NCBI GenBank assembly: GCA_964016885.1
Contig: OZ024743.1
Coordinates: forward strand, 318,308,001 to 318,372,000
From: Eledone cirrhosa
Taxonomy: Eukaryota
Direction of reading: 5' to 3'
DNA: 64,000 nt
Shown here piece by piece: positions 38,575-51,072 of this stretch. A model generated the notes under the pieces. It was not told where the DNA came from, ran no database searches, and was given only the letters and a program-made list of their open reading frames with translations. Numbering within the stretch: position 1 is the stretch's first letter; every line of letters starts with the position of its first letter. The position numbers were made by a program, and so were the translations under genes.

Positions 38575-41500
38575 GAGTTATGTATGAGTGTCGACAAATG
38601 TAGGCTCAATGAAAGGAAGAGCAGGAGAAATCGTAGAAATGCTCGAGTGAAAGGAAATTGATGTATGCTGTGTGCAAGAGACTAGATGGAGAGGAAAAAG
38701 TCGGTGCTACAAATTTTTCTGGGTGGGAAATGACGATGGGATGGGTGGTGTAGGTATACTACTAGCTGACAAGTGGGTAGATAAAGAAATCTCAGTGTAC
38801 AGGGTAAATGCAAGAATCATTAAACTCAGACTAGTCCTGAATAAAACAATTACCACAATAATATCAGCTTACGCACCCCAATCGGGGCTGTCAGACGAAC
38901 TTAAGGATAGGTTTTACGAGTCCCTAATGCACACTACTGCTCTAACAGACGACAATGACTTCCTAATCATCGCAGGAGATTTTAACGGACACGTAGGTAA
39001 ACACTGTGACGGCTTCAATAGAGTACATGGAGGCCATGGAGTTGGCACAAGGAATGAGGAAGGATTCAGACTTCTAGAATTCTGCGACGCCAATGACATG
39101 TCGATATGTAACGCAAACTTTAAAAAACCCGACAACCACCTGATCACCTATAGATCAGGGGAGCACTCGTCAGTTAGATTTTATCCTCATCAGAGGACAT
39201 GACAGATGGACGGTCGTAAACACAAAAGCCTTCCCTAGTGAGGAATGTACATCCCAACATAGCTTAGTTGTCAGCGACCTCATGGTCAGAACTAGACGAA
39301 CCCGGAAACAGAGGCCAACCCGGAGAAGAAAGATCTGGAAGCTGAAAGTCCCCTCAACCAGTAACAGATTTAAAGATATTTTACTCAACGCCGACGACAG
39401 TAAAGAAGAACAGATAGAGACATTTAATGTAGAAGAGAACTGGGAGTTCCTAAAAAATAATTTACTAGAGGCGACGGATGAGGTCTGTGGCTGGAGTAAG
39501 ACCTCAAGCAGGAGGAGAGTGACTTGGTGGTGGAACAATAAGGTAGATGAAGCAGTAAAGGCCAAGAGACAGGCATGGAGAGAATGGAAGAACGGGGGTA
39601 GCAGGGTACATTACATAGAGACCAAGAGGGAAGCTAGGCGACAAGTATACTTAGCTAGGAGGGAAGCAGAGGATAGAAAATTCAAGCATGTTTTGCAACG
39701 TGAGGACCAGAAACAGGAGGTATTCAAGATTGCGAGGCAGTGTGTCAGAGAGAGTTGTGATGTCATTGGAGAGAAGTGTATCCGGAATGATAAAGGTGAG
39801 CTTGCCCTCACAAGTGCTGAGAAGAAAGATGCATGGAAGAGTCATTATGATAGATTACTAAATGAGGAGAATGCATGGGAAGAAGAGACCCTACCCCAAG
39901 TAGACCCTATAGAGGGACCAGCAGTACAAGTCAGCAGCAGCGTAGTAAGTAAGGCAATCAAAGATATGAAGATGGGGAAGGCAACCGGTCCATCGGGTAT
40001 AGCTGCCGAGATGCTGAAGGCATCTGGGTCTGCAGGTCACACTATAACCACATGTATCGTTAACCAGGTAATACTAGAAGGTGCCATACCAAAAGATTGG
40101 TGCAGTAGCATCATTGTCAACTGCTACAAAGGTAAAGGCGATGCATTAGATAGAGGAAACTATAGAGGTATGAAATTGATGGACCAGGTCATGAAAGTAA
40201 CAGAAAGAGTTATAGCACAGCTAATTAGGGACCGGGTGAAAATAGACGAGATGCAATTTGGGTTTGTACCAGGAAGAGGCACCACTGATGCCCTCTTCCT
40301 TGTGAGGCAATTACAGGAAAAGTACCAAGCTAAAATTAAGCTACTCTACTTTGCATTTGTCGACCTTGAGAAAGCCTTTGACAGAGTTCCACGTGCTGTA
40401 ATCTGGTGGGCTCTTAGATAACTAGGAGTAGATGAATGGCTTGTGAAAGCGGTACAAGCCATGTATAGGGGAGCAGTCAGCAAAGTTAGGATTAGCAATG
40501 AGTATAGCGAGGAATTTAGCGTACAGGTTGGGGTCCACCAGGGCTCTGTTCTTAGCCCTCTCCTGTTCATCATAGTCCTGCAGGCAATAACGGAGGAGTT
40601 TAAGACCGGATGCCCATGGGAACTCCTGTATGCTGATGACCTCGCACTCATAGCTGAATCTATGGTAGAACTAGAGAATAAATTCCAAACTTGGAAGTAG
40701 GCACTAGAAAGAAAGGGTCTCAAAGTCAACATGACAAAGACTAAGGTCCTTGTAAGTAGACGAGAAAACAGAACCCAGATCCCCTCAGGGAAATGGCCTT
40801 GCTCAGTATGTAGGAAAGGTGTAGGTAGGAACTCCATTCTCTGCCCCAAATGCAAACAATGGGTACACAAGAGATGTAGCGGGATCTCAGGAAGCTTAAT
40901 TAAGAATGTAGGATTCACATGCAGTAGCTGTGCTGAGACAGCAAGCAGCAAACAGCCACAGGAAACAAGTACCACCAAACTCTGGGAGGGCTCTGTAGAA
41001 ACAGTAGACTGCTTCTGCTACCTAGGTGACCGAATTAGCAGCGGAAGTGGGTGTTCAGAAAGTACAATAACTAGGGTAAGAACGGGATGGAAGAAGTTTA
41101 GGGAACTACTACCACTGCTAGCTGCAAAAGGCTTCTCCCTCAGAATGAAAGGCAGACTGTATGATGCGTGTATCCGAACAGCGATGTTGCATGGTAGTGA
41201 GACCTGGGCGCTGAAGGTGGAAGACTTACGTCGATTAGAGAGAAACGAAGCCTGCATGCTCCGATGGATGTGTAACAGTAATATACGTGAACGACAAAGC
41301 ATAAATGAATTGAGAGAGAGACTGAGCATAAGAGGAATCAAATGCTGTGTGCAGGAGAGGCGGTTGCGCTGGTATGGACATGTGATGCTTATGAAGGATG
41401 ACAGCTGCATAAAAAGGTGCAGAGCACTAGAAGTTGATGGAAACCACGGAGTGGGGAGACCCAAGAAGACCTGGGATGAGGTGATAAAAGCCGACCTTAC

Positions 41501-41727
41501 CCAATTGCACCTCTCAAAGACAATGACACACGACCGCGACTTCTGGCGTCACTGTAAATGAGGTTGGTGTTAGGAAGGGCATCCAGCTGTAGAAATCAAG
41601 CCAAATCAGTTCCTGTATGAGCAAGGCATGGTCAGCCGACCAGACACTGCCCACAACAGGACAACCCGTCTAACCCATGCTAGCGTGGAAGAACGGACGT
41701 AAAACGGTGATGATGATGATGATGATG
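38575..41727 (+). mobile_element. Near full-length, relatively young RTE-clade LINE
   Basis: APE ORF 38672-39202 and RT ORFs 39282-41561, broken by only a few stops and a frameshift. (GAT)n tail at 41708-41727. Confidence 0.95.
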
Positions 41728-42065
41728 AAATATAGTTTCCATTTATTAATATATTGTATATATATATGTATATGTATGTATGTATATAGATATATATATA
41801 TATATGTATGTATGTAAAAAAAAAATTATCAGCAATTAAATGTATTAAACTAAGATTTTATTGTTTTATATTTTGTATCTCGGCTCTGTAATACATTTGA
41901 AAATTTACATTGAGCCTTTTCTCCTACCGGTAACTGGCTAGTACTTAGTACTACCATCCATATTTATAATCATATATAAGTATAAATATTATTATTATTA
42001 CTATGTATGTATATATATATGTATGTATGTATATATATATATATGTGTGTGCGTGTGTGTATATA

Positions 42066-42330
42066 TAATAATAAAGAAAGACGGTATCACTTGTTCATCC
42101 CTATTTATATTATTAGACTTATTTCGAAGACATATGTCATTTGTATAATATCTGCCCTACATGTTTTCTTCCGACAAAAATCCATGCAAGATGTAAATAT
42201 CCGTTGATATGAGATATTCATTGATATCCGTTGATATGAGAACACGTAGGGCAGATGTTATACAAATGAAATACGCATAATAAAATAAATAGGGATGGGC
42301 AAATGATACCGTCTTTCTTGTTTATCATTA
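42066..42330. mobile_element. Foldback MITE
   Basis: aagaaagacggtatcacttgttcatccctattta ... taaatagggatgggcaaatgataccgtctttctt, plus an inner atctgcccta/tagggcagat inverted pair. Confidence 0.65.
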
Positions 42331-42464
42331 TAACCCGCCGAGGTTAACTTTGCCTTTCATCCTCATGGGGTCGATAAAATAAAGTACCAGTAATACACTG
42401 GCTAATTGCTGGCCTTGTGCCAAAGTAGAAACAATTATTATAATAAAACTCCGGATAAACATAA

Positions 42465-43455
42465 AAACTAACACTAACCTGAAAACTGATACTAACCAGA
42501 AAACTAAGCTAACACTAACCTCAACACTAAAAAAAACACTAACATTAACAGAAAAACAAAGACTAGCACTAACACTAACACAAACATTCACACAAAATAA
42601 AACACTAACACTAATGGAAAAAATAACACTAACACTACCGTAAACACTAACCTGAACACTAACACTAAAACTGACATTAACACAAACATTAACCTGAACA
42701 CTAACACTACCATAAACCACTAACCTGACCACTAACACTAAAAGTAACACGAGCCCTAATCTGAAAACTAACACTAACCAGAAAACTAAGTCAACATTAA
42801 CCTGAACACAAACACTAACACTAACAAAAATGCTAACACTAATACAAAATCAAACACTAACACGAACACTAATGGAAACACTAACACTAACGCCAACGCT
42901 GACACTGATGAAGATGGCTCTGCTGGCACAAACGCTAGCGCAAATGTTGACACAATCGCTTACGCTGACACAAACACTAACGTGAATACTGATGCAGGTG
43001 CAAAGGCGAATGTTGACAAAGACTCTGACGCACACGCTGATGTAAATGCTACACTGACTCTAACGCTGACGTGGACACTGACACAAATGCTCACGCTGAT
43101 GCAAACACTAAAGCAAATGCAGACACTAATGAAAACACAGACGGAAATGTTGATGCAGATGTTAAAGCAAACGCAAATGCTGACGCAAACGATGACAGCG
43201 ATGCTAATGTGAACCTTAACGCAGACGTAAACATTGACGTAGAAGCTAAAGGAAATACTGATGCAAACACTAATGAAAATGCTGACACAGACGCTAACAC
43301 ACGTTAACACAGATGCTAACATAAAGACTGACGCAGATGTTAATATAAACACTGACGCAGACGCATACATAAACGCTGACACAGATGCTAACACACGTTG
43401 ACACAGACGCAAATGTAAACGCTGACGCTGATGTAGGTGTAATTACAGACATTGA
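42465..43455. repeat. Degenerate hexamer satellite (CTAACA grading to GACGCT), duplicate copy 1
   Basis: 42810-43415 is nearly identical to 57585-58190. Confidence 0.9.
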
Positions 43456-43459
43456 CACT

Positions 43460-44945
43460 GTGTGTGTGCTTACCACCCAATCTTACATTAAAAGTGTTCG
43501 CAATTAACTATTTTTTGCACATATTATCAATGAAGACTTTGAAACCTGTTGAAAATGACTAGCTTTGTAGAAAAAAGAGGGAGGATGTGGGTGGAAATAC
43601 CATTTACAAAGCCAGTCATTTTTTATTGCAGCGGAAGTCATATTTTTTGTTAATATGCTAAAAGCATAGTCCACTGCGAGCATCTTGGAAGTTGTATTAG
43701 TTGATAGCACATGCAAAAGTGAAGGAAAAATTTGATTTATGAACAAAGGACACCACACCACATTAATCTACCCCAAACCACACCATATCAAACAGCACCA
43801 TATTATGGTAAATTTATTACAGAACACCTACTCCTATCATTTACATCACACCATGGTATGGACATCAATGTGACAAATTTGTTACCTGCTTTTTTTTTTT
43901 TTTTTTGTGGTTACCACCCAAACTAACGTCAAATGTGCTTGCAAATGACTATTTTCCCACACATTATCAATGAATATGACATGGGAATCTATCGTTTACA
44001 ATTGGTTTCCATTTCATAACTTCACCAAACCAGACCACACCATACTACATCACACCAAGCTATTGATCTTGATGTGAAAAATTTTCTTCCCGTTTTCTTT
44101 TTATTTTTTTTTGTGTGTGTGCTTACTACCCAATCTGACATTAAAGGTGCTCCCAATTGACTATTTTTTTTCCACTTATCAATAATTATGACATGGAAAC
44201 CTGTCGAAAATGACTATCTTTGTAGAAACTTCACCAAACCACGCCATACTACATCACACCGAGCTATTGATTTTGATATGACAAATTTTCATCTGGCATT
44301 TTTTTCTTTTTTTTTTTTTGTGCTTACCACCCAATTTGACATAAATGATGCTCACAAATTACTATTTTATGCACATATTATCAATGGTTATGACATGGAA
44401 ACCGGATGAAAATGACTAGCTTTGTAGAAAAAAGAGCGAGGATGTGGGTGGAAATACCATTTACAAAGCTAGTCATTTTTTATTGCAGCGGAAGTCATAT
44501 TTTTTGTTAATATGCTAAAAGCATAGTCCACTGCGTGGTTCTTGGAAGTTGATAGCACATGCAAAAATGAAGGAAAAATTATTTTTCTAACATAAATCAA
44601 AGTGGAAATTTAAATCCTCACTTATAACAAAGCACACCACAGCACATTAATCTACTCCAATCCACACCATATACTTCACCATATGGTAAATTTATTACAG
44701 AACACCTACTCGCACTTGACTATTTTTTTCATATATTATGAATGAATATAACTTTGAAATCTATCGTCAATGATTAGCTTTGTAGAAAAATGAAGGCAGA
44801 AAGTGGGTAGAAAAACCATTCACAAAGCTAGTCATTTTTAATTGCAGTGGAAATCATATTTGTTGTTAATATGCTAAAAAAATAGTCAATTGCAAGCATT
44901 TTGGAGGTCGGATTAGTTGATAGGACATAAAAAAACAAAGGAAAA
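43460..44945. repeat. Mosaic satellite built from foldback modules, copy 1
   Basis: Recurrent aaaatgactagctttgta...tacaaagctagtcatttt hairpin and (CACCA)n linkers. Paralogous to 59520-63183. Confidence 0.85.
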
Positions 44946-44979
44946 CAAATATTGTCTATATGTTCCTGTGGAAAGTCAG

Positions 44980-45770
44980 ATCTTCTGTATTGCTGTGTGA
45001 CGCCAGAGGTCATGGTCATGTGTCATTGCCCTTGAGAGGTGCAATTGGGAAAGGTCAGCTTAGAAATATTTACTTCTGCGTTCACAGATTGATTTTTTTT
45101 AGTTTCAGAAGATCCCATTAAGGGTGAAAGCAGCCGATTCTTTGCTTATTATTTTAATAAATATTTGCTCTACGGTTCTTATATATTTGATATATATTTA
45201 TCCTTATCGAGCCCTCTTTGGATGTTAGTCTTCAAATTTATTATTATTACTATTTGGCTCCCTTGACTGAGTACTCTATTGACTTATATTCATCCTGCAG
45301 AAACATCTGAATATTTCTACAAAGAACATACCCGTACCAAGCAGGAAGAAATACCTAAAACTACGTCTCCACGAACCAAAGTATCGTCTTCCTGTCTTCT
45401 CTCGGTTGCAACGTTTTCGAAATATTTACTTCTGCGTTCACAGATTGATTTTTTTTTTTAGTTTCAGAAGACCCCATTAAGCCTTTTGTATCCAGCTGTG
45501 GCAGTAGCTCCCTCAACTTCTTCCATCCCGTTCTTTCAGAACACCCCCCCTCCGCTGCTAATTCGGTATTGTTTTTACCAAGTCCTCCCAGACTTTGATG
45601 TCACTTGTTTTCAGTGATTGTTTGCTGCTTACTGTCCTGGTGCAACTGCTACATGTAAAGCCTACATTCTTAACTAAACTTCCTGAGATCCCACTACATC
45701 TCTTGTGTACCCATAATTTGCATATGGGGCAGAGGATGGAGTTTCTACCAACACCTCTCCTACATAATGA
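44980..45770 (-). mobile_element. Scrambled RTE fragments with an intervening direct-repeat-bounded segment
   Basis: PHD-region fragment at 45480-45770 and ORF 3' end at 44980-45060. Confidence 0.7.
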
Positions 45771-45823
45771 GCACACACACACATATATATATACACACAC
45801 TCACACATATATATATATATATA

Positions 45824-47012
45824 CTAGCCGAATTACCAGCGCCTTGCTGCGTTTCACACATTTTTTTTGTAAGAAAATGATGATTGATTTTAAATCAGTG
45901 ATATAATTTATGGAGAAAAACTCAATATTACTCAATGTAAAATATAATTGTTTCTACTTTAGGCACAAGGCCAGCAATTACCCAGTGCATTACTGGTACT
46001 TTATTTTATCGACCCCATAAGGATGAAAGACAAAGTCGACCTTGGCGGGATTTGAACTCAGATCGTAAAGGGACATAACTATGCTGGAAAGCATGGCGTC
46101 CGACCCTCTACCGATACTGCCAATCCCACTCAATGTAAAATATAATGCATGAAAAATTGGAAAACATCATTTTTTGTAATATATCAAATCAAAATTGCAT
46201 TATTAAATCTTATTCTTATTTTGTTTCTTGTAAATAATTTTTTTCAAAATATCAATTGAAAACTTTTGTGAATAGGCATCATATCTTGTCATTTACCTAT
46301 GGTTTAAGTTTCATATAAATCGAAAGGGAAAAGTTTACAGCGGGGGTTTGTACCCCCGGGGAACCCTAATAGGGGGTTTAACCACCATTAAGGTGTCTTA
46401 TAGTATTGAAATTTTGTGAATAGGCATCATATCTCTTCATTTATCTATGATTTAAATTGCATATAAATCGAACCAAAGAAATTTTCAGCGGGGATTTTGT
46501 GCCCCCTGGTGAACCCTAAATAGGGGGTTTAACCCCCATTTAGGGTATTGTAATTTTATTGAAATTTGCTGAAATGATGTGAATAGGCATCATATCTTGT
46601 CGTTTACCTATGGTTTAAATTGCATATAAATCGAAGGGAAAACATTTTCAGCAGGGGTTTGTGCCACTGGTGAACCCCATTAGGGTATTTTAATTTTATT
46701 GAAATTTGCTGAAATTTTGTGAATAGGCATCATATCTTGTCATTTACCTATGGTTTAAATTTCATATAAATCGAAGGTAAAGTTTCAGCGGCGGCTTTGT
46801 GCCCCCGATGAACCCTTTGATTAAAATGAAATATACTTATACAAGTACTCTGGGCAATGTAGTTTCAGAATATATATGGTTATGGGGGTCTATCTCCATA
46901 ACCATAGGAGGAGTTCGTAAAATCTTGTTCCATTTATTGGCCAAACTTTTCACTATAGGGCGTTTAACCCCCATTAGGGTGTCTTCTTATTGAAATTTGC
47001 ACACACACACAC
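45824..47012 (-). mobile_element. Non-autonomous Helitron-like element with internal tandem repeats and a nested SINE
   Basis: 3' CTAG|T at 45827-45824 after a cagcaaggcgctg hairpin. Four internal repeats with core gaataggcatcatatct...cctatggtttaaat. SINE at ~45949-46127 with target duplication actcaatgtaaaatataat. Confidence 0.65.
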
Positions 47013-47450
47013 ATGAAAATATGTGACGTCATTCGTCAACCTTCCCCTACTTTCACTTCTGACAGCTAATACCATGAACTGTATTTTTACAGTTCATGGT
47101 ATTAGCTGTCAGAAGTGAAAGTAGGGGAAGGTTGACGAATGACGTCACATATTTTCATAGTTATGGTTATCAATATAAAAAAACAAGTCATTTTCACCAA
47201 CAGTGGAGTTAACTTAAATGAAAATATAGGTGGCCCTTAAAAGGGCCAAATTATGGTTATCAAATTTTTTTCACCGACCTTATTCAAAAGCATGGATACA
47301 GTGCCCATGGAGACAAGCAACAGTCCCCATGGAGACAATCCCCATGGAGACAATCCCCACCAATCAGCAACAATCACCACCAACACCATGTGTAAATAAA
47401 TAAACTTTAATCTTCACTTTGTGATAATACACGCATCTGCAAGTTGAAAA

Positions 47451-48540
47451 ATGAGTTCTATAATATATCCAAGTGTTAAGGGAATTAACCATCGCGATCT
47501 TGCCATCGCTACCGCTACTACAGCAGATACCGTCAATTGGTTGAAAATTCAAGGACTTCTGAATACACAAAAGGTCTGCCCTTCATGTGATCAACGTATG
47601 TTGGAAGTAGTGAAACAAAATGTGTCAGATGGGATTATCTGGTGAATTGGCAGTATCGGTAGAGGGTTGGACGCCATGCTTTCTAGCATAGTTACGTCCC
47701 TTTACAGTCTGAGTTCAAATCCTGCCGAGGTTAACTTTGCCTTTCATCCTTACGGGGTCGATAAAATAAAGTACCAGTAATGTACTGGGTAATTGCTGGC
47801 CTTGTGCCTAAAGTAGAAACAATTATCTGGTCATGTAAAAGACCATGTAGAAAACAGGTTTCTATTAGAAAAGCACATTTTTAGAAAATAGCAATTTGAA
47901 GTGTGAACAAATAGTTGATATATTATATTTTGGGCAAAAGAAGATTTAGCCAAGAAGATTTCAGAGGAATGTCGTATCGCGAATGTGGCCGTAGCAGATT
48001 GGCGAAATGTTTGCCGTGATGTATGTGCAGAGTACTATGTGGCACAAAACATTAAGCTTGACGGGCCAAACCGAATTGTCGAGATTGATGAAAGCGCATT
48101 CGTGAGAAGGAAATACTATCGTGGCCATTCTGTGAAAACAGCGGGTGTTTGGTGCTTTGGAAAGAAGTACCAGATGTATTTTAGTAGCAGTAGAAGACAG
48201 GACAGCGGAGACACTTTTAACCATTATACAGGATCGTATATTGCCAGGGACAACCATAATATCTGATCTATGGCGTTCCTATAATACGATCGATCAGTTA
48301 GGCTATCAACATTTGACGGTGAACCATTCGATCAATTTTGTTGATCCAGTAACATTTGCCACAACGAATCACATAAAATGCTTGTGGAAACACGTAAAAA
48401 ATAGGAATAAAAGGGAAAACGGGACAGCCAGAAATTTGCTTCAAACCCATCTCATTGAATTCATGTGGCGGTATGAATTTAAAGGAGAAATTTTCCAAAA
48501 GTTATTAGAACATATCCGTCATCTGATTCCATGTATTTGA
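47451..48540 (+). pseudogene. Merlin/ISXO2-like DDE transposase pseudogene
   Basis: N-terminal CPSC...W.C...C zinc ribbon, then VEIDES, FGALER, ILPGTTIISDLWRSY, HLTVNHS.NFVDP, TN.I..LW and EFMWR motifs. Frameshifted and interrupted by a SINE. Confidence 0.9.
47644..47821 (+). mobile_element. tRNA-derived SINE. High-copy in the window, e.g. ~6377-6505, ~11940-12160, ~13720-13900, ~17985-18153, ~21525-21685.
   Basis: A/B boxes (tggcagtatcggtag; gagttcaaatcc), central gcctttcatccttacggggtcgataaaataaagtaccag, and a 10-bp target duplication attatctggt (47634-43 and 47822-31). Confidence 0.9.
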
Positions 48541-49731
48541 ATAAGGTTGGTGAATAATGAAAATATAAATGAATAAATCAAATTTATTTGATAACCATGA
48601 CTTGTTTTCTAATTTGGCCCTTTTAAGGGCCACCTATATTTTCATTTAAGTAACTCCACTTACATCGATATGCTTTATAACCATGACTTGTTTTCTATTT
48701 GTTTTTTCGGCACTACAACGCTATTAGCTGTCAGTTGAAAACAGCCGATGAAAGCAAAACATCGTTTATTTCCATATTACTACCACGCGTAAGTGGAGTT
48801 ACTTGGTGGTAGTAATACGGAAATAAACGATGACGAATGACGTCACCTTCGCCTGCTTTCACGACTGACAGCTATATATCACATGAACACAATCACATTA
48901 TTCTTTCAAAGGGAAAAGTTTGGCGCCATTTTTCTCCAGAGAATAACGCAATGTCAACGAACGCAGGAGGTCAGTAAAAACAATAAAAGCAAAAGATACG
49001 AAAAGTAAGTAATATCAAATAATTATTAAAAACATTACAGGAGTCGCATTACACGAATAATTAAGTTTCATACATACACATATATATGTGTGTATGTATA
49101 TATGTGTATGTATGCACACACAAACAAAATGGCGTAGGATAGAAGAAAAGAAAGGCACAGAAACGAAGAAAGAAATCCCCAGTCACTGAAGAGGTCACAG
49201 AGTGTGTGACGAAAGAACTATGACTATATATATATAAACAACTATCTGGTTGTGGAACCAACCAACCAACCAGAAATTTATAAATTTGTAAATTTATAAA
49301 TATATAATAAATTAAATTGAAGTGAAAGCAACTGGTGCGTGTGTTTCTTATTGGCAACATGACCCTCCCAAAGTATAACAATATCGGTTTCAACACACGA
49401 TTTCAGATAAAGAATCTTGCTAAACAAATTCAGAAACGAAATATATATATGTATTTTATCTGATAAAAGCCCTTAAAATATCTATAAAATAAATATTGTT
49501 TTATAAATATAGTTTCCATTTATTAATATATTGTATATATATATATATGTATGTATGTGTATATATATATATATATATATGTATGTAAAAAAAAAATTCA
49601 GCAATTGTATTAAACTAAGATTTTATTGTTTTATATTTTGTATCTCGGCTCTGTAATACATTTGAAAATTTACATTGTAAGTACCAGTAATACACTGGGG
49701 GTTTGCTGGCCTTGTGCCAAAGTAGAAACAA

Positions 49732-50340
49732 TCTATCTATATACTACTAAAACTCTGATCTTGATTGGTTGCTTGCTTGCACACACTTTCTCTATATATA
49801 TATGTTCATATTTGTGTATATACAGGTTGTCCCCACCAAAATGTATACCCACTTTGATTGCCTATACATGCATTATTTGTTAGGATGGTGTATACATTTT
49901 TAGGGACCCCGGTATTATTATATATATATATATATATATATAGTGTCCCCGAAAAATGTATACACACTTTGATTACCTGTACAAGCAATATATATATTAG
50001 AATGGTGTATACATTTTTAGGGACCCCGGTATATATATATATATATGGTGTCCCCGAAAAATGTATACACACTTTGATTACCTGTACAGGCAATATATAT
50101 ATTAGAATGGTGTATACATTTTTAGGGACCCCGGTATATATATATATATGGTGTCCCCGAAAAATGTATACACACTTTGATTATCTGTACAGGCAATATA
50201 TATATTAGAATGGTGTATACATTTTTCAGGACCCAGGTATATATATATATATATGGTTTCTCTGAAAAATGTATACACACTTTGATTACCTGTACAGGCA
50301 ATATATATATTTAAATGGTGTATACATTGTTAGGGACCCC

Positions 50341-50393
<53 letters not shown>

Positions 50394-51029
50394 TGTCCCC
50401 GAAAAATGTATACACACTTTGATTACCTGTACAGGCAATATATATATTTGAATGGTGTATACATTTTTAGGGACCCCGGTATATATATATATATGGTGTC
50501 CCCGAAAAATGTATACACACTTTGATTACCTGTACAGGCAATATATATATTAGAATGGTGTATACATTTTTAGGGACCCCGGTATATATATATATATATA
50601 TGGTGTCCCCGAAAAATGTATACACACTTTGATTACCTGTACAGGCAATATATATATTAGAATGGTGTATACATTTTTAGGGACCCCGGTATATATAAAT
50701 GGTGTCCCCGAAAAATGTATACACACTTTGATTACCTGTACAGGCAATATATATATTTGAATGGTGTATACATTTTTAGGGACCCCGGTATATATTAGAA
50801 TGGTGTATACATTTTTCAGGACCCAGGTATATATATATATGGTGTCCCCGAAAAATGTATACACACTTTGATTACCTGTACAGGCAATATATATATATTA
50901 GAATGGTGTATACATTTTTCAGGACCCAGGTATATATATATATGGTTTCCCCGAAAAATGTATACACACTTTGATTACCTGTACAAGCAATATATATATT
51001 TGAATGGTGTATACATTTTTAGGGACCCC

Positions 51030-51072
<43 letters not shown>

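Larger units (their letters stand above)
47088..48875 (+). mobile_element. Merlin (IS1016/ISXO2-like) DNA transposon relic
   Basis: Long imperfect inverted subterminal blocks (ataggtggcccttaaaagggccaaatta / taatttggcccttttaagggccacctat) flank the transposase. Exact ends are uncertain. Confidence 0.8.
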
